Part shown: in pieces, positions 19,122 to 28,900 of the stretch | How the letters are laid out: each line of letters opens with the position of its first letter | How positions within the stretch are numbered: the first letter of the stretch is position 1 | Origin: Turneriella sp. | GTDB lineage: Bacteria > Spirochaetota > Leptospiria > Turneriellales > Turneriellaceae | DNA: 64,000 nt | Direction of reading: 5' to 3' | Assembly: GCA_965279515.1 (NCBI GenBank) | Contig: CBDIID010000003.1 | Coordinates: 896,001 to 960,000 of the forward strand | The notes under the pieces: generated by a model | The model's input: the letters and a program-made list of their open reading frames with translations, nothing else | Told to the model about the DNA's origin: nothing | The model's database searches: none | Program-made: the position numbers and the translations under genes

Positions 19122-19175
19122 GACACAGGATGTGTCCAGGCCACCGCCGACAGGATGTCGTCGGTGCGGTGGCTG
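19122..19175 (+). repeat. Twin-hairpin A(N)GGA-loop element (copy 4) between convergent stop codons
   Basis: GACAC-AGGAT-GTGTC CAG GCCACCGC-CGAC-AGGAT-GTCG-TCGGT-GCGGTGGC. Confidence 0.9.
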
Positions 19176-19176
19176 A

Positions 19177-19422
19177 CTATTCTTCTAAAAGCGCGTTCAT
19201 GCTCGCCAGCAATGCGTCGAGCGGAACGCCATAACCCATGCAGATCTGCTCGAGGGTTTCAATTTCATTGATACCACAGTGTGAGCAACCGCCCAAATGG
19301 AAACTCGCGAGAACCAGGCCCGCTTCTTCATGGATGCGCAGCGCCTCGCCTACGGTTGTTTGACCGGTAAATTGTGGCTTTTGTGTAACTTCAGCAGCCG
19401 GGGCACTTGTTGTGGTTTCCAT
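19177..19422 (-). CDS. DUF1858-like / hybrid-cluster-associated redox disulfide domain protein
   Basis: TVGEAL..H.EA..VL..FHLGGCSHC....ETLEQ....YG; ATG 19422. Confidence 0.8.
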   Translation of the reverse strand: METTTSAPAAEVTQKPQFTGQTTVGEALRIHEEAGLVLASFHLGGCSHCGINEIETLEQICMGYGVPLDALLASMNALLEE

Positions 19423-19464
19423 CAGTTCAGAATATAGCAATCCCAGGCAAAAACGTCAAGAAAA

Positions 19465-19911
19465 TCAGACCCCGAGGTCGCTTACTCGCACCTCTTTCAC
19501 CCAGAGGTCGTGTTTATTGCATTTGGCGAAGATTTTCACTTTGCCCGACCATGGCAGAATCTTCTTATCAAAGTACGCATAGTTCAGGGGATTGCGCTGC
19601 CGCGGCATCGTCTCGACGGCGAGCTCTTTTCCCGTCATATCCATGATGCCGATCTTCTCGATGTAGTGTCCCTCATCGGCCTTCGCAAGGGGGATTTCTA
19701 CAATCACGGCGGGTTGCCCCTTATGGACAGAGGCTTTTGCTGTAGGTCCGTGCTCCTTCGCAATATCTGTCCACTCACGCGCCTCGTCGACGGTGTATTC
19801 TTTCATGGGCGTGATCGGTCCGTCTTTAGGAAGTTCTTCGGCTTTTTTGCAATGGTAGCCGCTCATCACAAGCGCCACCACCAGTATTAACCTCAAATTA
19901 ATTCTGCCCAT
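19465..19911 (-). CDS. Desulfoferrodoxin/superoxide-reductase-like lipoprotein
   Basis: Signal peptide with Cys (MSGYHC); KEHGP, GHYIEKI, AKCNKHDLW. Confidence 0.75.
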   Translation of the reverse strand: MGRINLRLILVVALVMSGYHCKKAEELPKDGPITPMKEYTVDEAREWTDIAKEHGPTAKASVHKGQPAVIVEIPLAKADEGHYIEKIGIMDMTGKELAVETMPRQRNPLNYAYFDKKILPWSGKVKIFAKCNKHDLWVKEVRVSDLGV

Positions 19912-22900
19912 TTGCCGTTCTGTAAATTTTCATCGCATTCGAGCCGTCGCGCGTCACGAGAATCAGCCAATCGTTCCCGCCATCTGTAACTGTTACGTGG
20001 CTGAAGATTCGTTGATTGACCGAGCTGCCGTCGAGGCCCAGAACACTGTTGACAATTTGAAAACTGGTCTCCGCCGGAACATTGCCTGAGGTCATACAAC
20101 TTGCCGCACCGGTACAAGTCCCGCCAGCCATATCAACGCGCCAGACATTGGCACCATGATCCTGGTTGTCGAAACCGATATAGAGATAGTTGCCCACAAA
20201 TTCGAGTAACGTCAGGTGCGCATTGCGTTCGCAGCGGTTCGTGCCGGCATTCACGCAGGTCGCCGTATTACCGCGCAATGTTGTCGAGACGCGCTGCGGC
20301 AAAGAAGCAGGTGCACCCGCAATATTATACGGTGCGCTCTGGTACGATACGGGAGTAAAGCTGCTGCTTGCCACCAGTTTCCAGTCGTCTGAATCGTTGT
20401 TGCCCCCGTCACCACCGCCGTTCGTACCCGCAGCACCTTTTGCAGGCAACACCCACAACTGTGGTACTTCATAACCCGGCGGGCAAACCTGCTTACGACC
20501 GTCCCCGGTTGTGGAGAAGGTATTATTGAAGTTGTTGTTCACCCGCGTGTTCAGCGCTGCATCCCCCGCTGCGGATGCCGAGCATGGGGTATTCGTCGTC
20601 GCGCTGCATTTCGTCTGCATCATGTGCGTAGCACAGGCATTACGGATCATGTATAAATCCCCGTTGGGCGCCGTACGCATATACGGCACGGCCTTAATCG
20701 CCGGAATAATCCGGTTCGAAGGCAACATATCTCCCCAGTCGACGTTCGCATCGGAACGGAAAGGCAGGGGAATCGACATATAATCCAGCCAATTCGCAGA
20801 GGTCGGCGTAATGTTTTCAAAGGCAACGGATAGACAATTCGCGGCATTGGTGGCGGTACCATGATTGAGGGCATGGCAACCGGGGGGAGCTGCTGCGGTA
20901 GAGCGGGCAAGGCGCGAGCGAATAATACCACCGTCTGTTCCTAGCGCATTGGCACCATTTGCCCGGTTTAGGCGCGTAGTGCCGGTCCCGAAACCAATCG
21001 TGCCGCCAAACCGGCCACCGTTCGCCATATAGAGTTGAGGCACATTGGCACTCCCACCATCATTGTCGTATTCATGCATTACGTCAATGGATACCGTATT
21101 ACCGGCAGTACCTTCAAACCCGCTATTGGGCGATGAACCAGTACTATTCGCACCACCCTTACCGATCATCGGATAAAAATTGGTGGCGCCGCCGCCACCT
21201 GCGATAACTGCAGTCCATTGCGTGCGGGCCGCACCGTCGTTGCAACCATTACTATTCATACAAATGCGCGCAACCTGTGGCGCATTCTGCCCCTGATGCG
21301 GAGAGGCAATATACAGCCAATCGGTGAACATCACCATCGTCATGGAGCGATAGGTATGCGTCGTATTCGATGTATGCACACGATGGTTAAATGTAAAATG
21401 CGTTGTTGTATCGCTCGTCTCTGTTGTTGTGAAGTAGCTCTTATAAAACCCTGGAGCCGTCGCTTTATATCCACCCATAAGCAGATATTCGATTCCGTTT
21501 TCCGCCGTACAGGCAGCCCCAGTCAGTGAAGGTTTCCAGTTTCCTGTAGACGTGGCAGTTTTTCCACAGGCCGCTGCGATGGCATCAATGCCTGCAATTG
21601 CTCCGCTGCCCCCGTCAGTGGCATTCGCCCCCCCCGTACTCGCCCAACCATTATTGGTACCTGTGCAAGTCGGATGCGTCGTATAGCCCGATAGTTGAGT
21701 ATAAGGCGTCGTGTTGTTTCCGTCCACATCAATCGCGATAGTCTGTGCCGTCGTAAGACCGTTATTCATTTCGAAGAGTCTTGAAGAGCAATTATCCCAA
21801 CCCAACAATAACTTGTTGTTGTAGCGAACAATCTGACCAGCAGGCGTACCGTCGCCGAAAGGGTCGTCAAATATCGGACCGCCTGAAAAACCCGTAGGCG
21901 TGTTAACGAGAAACGGCTGTACGTTACCCACTCCATCATCGGCAATTGCATTTCCCGTCGGCGTCACCTGATCTTTGACATTGATGACCCTGAGCTGATG
22001 ACCGCCATTGGCAAGTGCTGTTCCCGGGGCAAAGGTGATGAGCACCTGTGCCTGGTTAGCCTGACGCGCCGCAGATGAGACGTTAAAACCATAAGCCTGC
22101 GCATCATACCGGTAATTCGTTGCTGTGTTTGCAGTTACGTTATCTACCCCTTCACTGAACGTTGCAAGAACTACGATCGCCGCCGAGGTAGATGACACGA
22201 CCGTAACACTGACAAGGCTCGGCGGGGTCGCCTCGACGCCGCACTGGAAACTGACATTCGTCGGTGTCGCTACGGCGTTGCCATTTGCATCCTGTACGTT
22301 TGCCACCGATAACCGGTAGACGTTATCTGTGCCTGTCGTCTGTGTAAAGGCGGTGCCCCAATCCACGGCATATTTATTGCCGCCCATGCTGTAAACGTTC
22401 GATGCGGCCTGTCCGAGCCCCGCTGTACATGGCCCCGTAATACATCCGCCGTTCGGCGAAGTTGAAACCGTGTAGTTCGCTGCCGTCGTAGCCGACGCCC
22501 CGACCGTTTGGTCGTATTGCACCACAATACGCCGACGCGCAGCGATTGACGGTGGCAGGTTCGTCGGAGTCGGACATTCGGTTGCAGTATCTGTGCTGAT
22601 GGTCAGCGCCGGTCGGCCATCCCCGTTAAACGTTGCCGCATTATTCGGTGAAGAAACATAGCGTCCCGCCGGGGCCGCGACACCCTCGATTTTGGTCGCA
22701 AGAACTGTCGTCGTATACGCCTGGCCTTCAATCATCGGGTTCACCGTCAGCGTATATGTTGCCGAATTCACGCCAGCACCGCCGGTCGATACAGCGGAAA
22801 GTACCGGCAAAGAAAGATTCTGATAGATCACCGCGCAAGCGGTCTGGTTTGCGCACTCCGCCGTGGTCGCCTTGACCGATTCGTTAAACGTAATGGTCAG

Positions 22901-25900
22901 CGTCGTTGCCGAAGTCGTGACGATACTCACGACCACTGGGTCAACAACACCGTTGAATTGTGCCTGGTTTGCCGGCAAACTTGTTGTGGGGTTCGTGTTC
23001 GTGATGAGGTTGATATTCACCAGGTCACGCAACGTTGTATTAACGGTGAGCGTATAGCTGGCACCGCCGGTCTGTGCGCTCGTTGTTAAATGCACGATAC
23101 GGAAATTCGTAGCGTCGCGCGCCGCGTTGCTCACGGTCACGCCACCCGTCAGCGTATAGTTACCGGCGACGTTGGCCTGCGTAGCCGTTATCGGTTCGCT
23201 GAATGTCACATCCAATGATGATGCACCCAGCGAAAGCGCACGCACGACTACCGGCGCCGCATTATCCGCTTCGGTAACCGTACCAACATTGACTTGCGCC
23301 AAAGACTGGACCCCATCAGTCACGCCGGGGGTCGCTGTTGTGGTTAAGTCGGGTTTCGCATCCGTATCACAACCCGTTTGCGTCGAGGCATTGCAACTCA
23401 GCACATTCTCATCGAACCTGACGTAGATGACCGAATCGTCCCCGGTATCCGTCGCAAATGTTACAGATGTTCCGTGAATTAGCCGCACGTTCGAATAACC
23501 AGCAACCAGCCACTGCGTGGTGACTGTCCCTAACGCATTCGCTGAATAACCCGGGAACGTATTATCCTGAATATTCTTATTGAAAGTGACCTGATAGGTA
23601 TCGATTTTTCCGTTATAGTTGGTATCCAAGGCCACCGCGCTCGTAATCGCCGGAGGGCCACTACTGTAGGTGACGCTCGTCGCGTTCACTGCCGTTGCCG
23701 CATTGCCGGCAGCGTCAGTGCAACTCCAGGTTACGGTATAAATACCGCCGCCCGTGAGTGGGTTGCTGCCAAAAGCGACATTGCTGTGTGCCCCAGCATT
23801 AAGTTCGCTGCCGGTCAAAGTACGTGTATGCGGTCCGTTGGGATGTCCCGTACCGCCTGTGCTCTGCCAAACGATGGTCGCAGAAGCGCAGTCTTCGGAG
23901 AATGTCACGTTTGCCGCGCTACTGGTGACGCCCGCGCTGCTCGCAGGTGAAGTCGCCGAAATAACCGGTGCAACCACATCTTTGGTCTTATTATTCGTCG
24001 CTGCGGTACCAACATTGCCTGCCGGGTCAGTCAAGGTCACACTGAGGGTCAAGGTACCGTCGCCCAAGCCTGTTGTATTGATGCCGGTGATCTGCTGACC
24101 CGCGGAAGAAACAGTCGCCGAACCCGTGACGTTTGTGCCGCCACCTGAGCTGCTGATGGTGTAGTTGTAGGTCGCCCCGACTTCAGCGCCGGTGAATGTG
24201 AAAGATACGGCCGCCTTGTTGGCATTGTTGATATAACTCTGGTCGATGACGACCGTATAGCCCGAAGGTGCGGTATTATCGACCGTCAATGTTGCGGTTG
24301 ATTCAGACGAAATATTGCCAGCCAGGTCGATGACGAAGAGTTTGTAGCTGCCCGCCGTCGTCGGCGCGTTAATTGTCGTCGCGGTGCCCGAGCCGGCTTG
24401 AGTCATGGTCGCGCCCGCTGCAAAGGTTGTCGTTCCCGAAGGAGCAAACCAGACCTGGTTCGAGGCTGTACCTGAACTGACAATCGCCTGGGCCCCGCCG
24501 CTCGTGCGAGACGAAGACGATGCATAGACCGTATTCTGATTCGTCGGCGCGGTGGTATCAATGTTCAGAGAGTATGCTGACGATGCTGCGCTGACGTTAT
24601 TTGCCGCATCGGTTGCCGTTGCGACTATACTATAAGTGTTTTCCGCGAGCGAAATGTTATCGAGAGTCCAGTTACCTGAACCGTTCGCCGTTGTTGTACC
24701 AATGAGGGTACCGGCGGTATTGGGATAATAGAGCCTCACCGTCGCATTCGCTTCGGAGGTACCGGTAAATGTTAAGTTAGTGGTATTCTTTGTCACGCCG
24801 TCGCTGTTTGAAGTGCCTGTATCGTCGGCCGCGTCGAGCGCAATGCTCGCAGGCGCCGATGGAACAGTCGTATCGACGACGATATTCTTATTCGTGGCAA
24901 GGCTTGTACCGGCGAGTGTCAGCGTCGCCGCATTGCCCGCCGCGTCGTTGATTGTCCCGCCATTCAGCCCCAGCGAGTTCGCATCGAGGTCTGTCGAAGT
25001 GTGCGGTGAGGCAATGGTGTAGGTGAAGGTGAGAGTGCTTGTACCGCTGCCTGAGGCATAGTTCACCACCGCGTCGGTTGCTCCCGTTTCGAGCGTTAGC
25101 TGCGGTGTGCCGGTAACGGTCACATTTTCAGAAAAATTCACCTGAATCGAAATGACATCCCCCGTCTTATAGCTGCCGTCGGCGGTCGAAGAGTTCACAC
25201 TGGTAATTGTCGGAGCAACCCCGTCGACCACCAGGTTTTTGTTGGTGGCGAGGGTTGTGCCGGCCAGCGTCAATGTCGCGGCATTGGCAGCACCGTCGTT
25301 AATCGTACCACCGTTCAGCGCGAGAGAGTTCGCGTCGAGATCGGCAGAGACATGTGGAGAAGCAATCGTATAGGTAAAAGTTAACGAGCTTGTGCCACTA
25401 CCCGAAGCATAGTTCACCACGGCGTCGGTTGCGCCTGTTTCGAGAGTCAGCTGCGGCGTGCCGGTAACAGTCACATTTTCTGAGAAATTGACCTGGATCG
25501 AAATGATATCCCCAATCTTGTAAGTACCGTTCGCCGTAGAAGAGTTCACACTCGTGATCGTCGGAACCGTAGTATCCACAACGAGATTCTTGTTCGTTGC
25601 CAAAGTTGTGCCCGCCAGCGTCAGCGTCGCCGCGTTGCCAGCCGCGTCGTTGATCGTGCCGCCGTTCAGCCCCAGCGAGTTAGCATCGAGATCAGAAGAA
25701 GTATGCGGAGACGCCACTGTGTATGTGAAAGTCAGTGAGCCGGTACCGCTGCCCGACACATAGTTCACCACGGCATCAGTCGCACCTGTTTCGAGAATCA
25801 GTTGCGGTGTACCCGTGACAGTCACGTTTTCAGAAAAATTGACCTGGATCGAAATGACATCCCCCGCTTTATAGCTGCCGTTGGCGGTTGAAGAGTTCAC

Positions 25901-28900
25901 GCTCGTGATCGTCGGCAGGGTCGTATCGACGACGAGATTCTTATTCGTGGCCAAGCTGGTGCCCGCCAGTGCCAATGCCGCCGCGTTGCCGGCAGCGTCG
26001 TTGATTGTACCACCGCTCAATGCCAACGAGTTGGCATCGAGATCGGATGAAGTATGCGGAGATGCCACAGTGTAAGTGAAAGTAAGAGAGTTCGTACCGC
26101 TGCCAGACACATAGTTTACTACGGCATCGGTTGCCCCGGTTTCCAACGTCAGCTGCGGCGTACCTGTAACAGTGACGTTTTCGGAAAAATTGACCTGAAT
26201 CGAGATGGCATCCCCTGCTTTATAGCTGCCATTGGCAGTTGAAGAATTCAGGCTCGTGATCGTCGGCGCGGTGGTATCGACCACAAGGTTCTTATTGGCT
26301 GCGAGCGTCGTGCCAGAAAGCGTCAGGTTTGCGGCATTGCTTGCTGCGTCATTGATTGTGCCACTATTCAAAGCCAGGGAGTTGGCATTAAGATCGGTCG
26401 AGGTATGCGGAGAAGCGACTGTGTATGTGAACGTCAAAGTGCTCGTTCCGCTGCCCGAAGCGTAGTTAACCACGGCATCTGTGGCGCCGGTTTCGAGAGT
26501 CAACTGGGGCGTGCCGGTCACGGTCACGTTTTCGGAAAAATTCACCTGAATCGAGATGACATCCCCGGCTTTATAGTTTCCATCAGCTGTCGAAGAGTTC
26601 ACACTGGTGATAGTTGGAGCGAGTCGGTCAGGGAATGTCAGCACACTCGTGCCTACGGTATTCGGGGTGATGCCATTCGTTCCACTGTGAATTTCACCAG
26701 TAGCGGCTGTCACCTGAATGGTTTCAACGCCTGATGTGACACCGGTCCCCGTAACGATTAAGCGCATCGCTGTGGCGCCCCCCGCCGGCGCGGTACCCGG
26801 GCAAACGGTGCTCGGCGCTGTTGTCACACAACTAATGATAGCATTCGTTGAATTGCCGCTGTTCTGTACAAAGGCCACGCTAAAATCGCTGGCAACCAGG
26901 GAGCCTGTTGCTCCGGCGTTCGTGTACACCCCTTCGCTCCAGACGAGGTCGATGTAGCCGGTCGTCCCTCCGCTCACCGGCGCGATAGCAACGTAAGTTG
27001 GAGTATTGGTAATATTCGCGATGCCGATCGCGCTCAAAGTCTTAGCGCCCGTCGAGAAGGTAGACGCATTGCCCGCATTGTCGTAGACAGAGTTGGCCAC
27101 AGTATCCACAGTGATTGTCTCTGTACCCGCAACGGTACCAGTGACCGATATTGTTAGCGTAACGGTATTGCTGCCAGCCGTATGCGTAATGCCAGTAATA
27201 CTGGCGCCGGTTGCTGTCCCGGCATTCGCGGCAAAACTTAGGGAAAATGCAGCCGCTGTGAGCGCCCCCCCTGAAACGTTGTACGCGTTTTCATTCAGAT
27301 TTAAAGTCAGAGTCGTGTTTGAAGCAAGATTGCTCGAGGTAAGTCCCGGCGCTGTCGAATCAACTGTAACGCTGAGGTTTGCCGAAGCTGTGCTGACATT
27401 GCCGGCAACATCAGTCTGAATGACGTTGATGCTCGGGTATGCCGTGCCAGTCTGCCCACTACCCGCTAAGGCTGTCGTTGTTAGGGTAACGTTGCCACCA
27501 ATCGGGCATGTCGCCCCGCCAACGGGCGACGAAATATCCGTCGCGCCGTTGCGCAAAACGACCGTCGCTCCTGCTTCGCAATTCACACTGAATTGCAGCG
27601 AAGCACCATTGGTAATCCTATCGCTGTTACTGATGCCCGTATCGCTCGCCGTCACCAGTGTCAACGAAGTGGGTTGAATGGGATTTGTTGAATCGTAATT
27701 AATCGAGAATGTCTGCGAAAGGTCACTCACAAGCCCCGTGGAGCCGACAGTCGCGATGTTAAACTGGTTCGTGCCCTGTGAAATTGTCGCTGTGCTCGGA
27801 ACTGTAACCGTGTAGGTGCCTGTCGGACCTGAAACCGCTGTTGCGTACGGAATCGGCGTATTCAGAATACCGGTGCCGTCTGTAGTGAGAGGCGCCACCG
27901 CCCCACCTGGTGTCGTCGAGAGCTGAAACGTATTAGCGGTAGCATTGATAACATAATACGTTGTGTTTGTCGCAATACCGGTGGTCGAGTTGATCGTCGT
28001 GAAGCTAACCGCAGTGCCGTTGGCGAGACCGTGGCTCGTTAGTGTCACAAGATCACCCGCATCGGTGAACGATACACCAGGCGAATGGTAGAGAATGACG
28101 GTTGTATTCGGAGTTGTGTTACCGGTAAACTGCAGGCCGGGGGATGTCAGGTTAACGCCGGTGATATTGTCGCCGACGGTACCGGTATCCGAGACCGTGG
28201 CAAGCGACGCGGTTGAAGGCGCTGTGCCCGAACCGCTGAATGTGGCGGTATTGGGAGTTCCAATGGTATTGCCGGCAGCATCCGTTACACCCGTCGCAGT
28301 GACAGTATAGCTGTTCGATGAACCATAAGCGCCCGGAGTGATGGTCAGACGTACCTTGGTTGTATCTGTCTGAATCACCGCTGAAGATACTGTGTTGCCG
28401 CCCGTAACAAGGTAATTCGACGCTGTCTGAGCGGTCCCCAGATTCATCGCTTCGCTGAAAGAAAGCTCGACGGTGGTCGAATTGATGAGAGTCGCCAGGA
28501 AAAGCGTCGGCGCTGTGGCGGATGATCCGATGCCTGAGAAATTGACCGTTTGCGTTGCCATCGTATTGGGAACCGCATCTTGCACGCCACTCACCGTTAA
28601 CGCATACTGAACAGCGCTGGTACCGGGAGCATTTAAAGTGATCGTACAAACCGTACCTGAGCAGCTGATATTGTTAATGCCGCCGCTAAGAGCCGGAGAG
28701 AAAGAATAGTTTGCAAGGTTTTGGCCTGACCCAGAAGTCACTATTTCGCTGAAATAGACGCGAACTTCGGTATTTGAGAAAGCAACAACCGAAGCTACCG
28801 TCGGCGCGGTCGTGTCGGGCGTGGCTACGTTAGTACCGCTGTAATCATACAACGCATTATTGTTCGTGGCACCGATTGTGTTCCCGGCAAGGTCAGCGAC

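Noticed and set aside
24866..26620. Regular 351-bp repeats as a CRISPR or other non-coding array
   Set aside because: They are in-frame protein domain repeats without unique spacers, and no cas genes are present.
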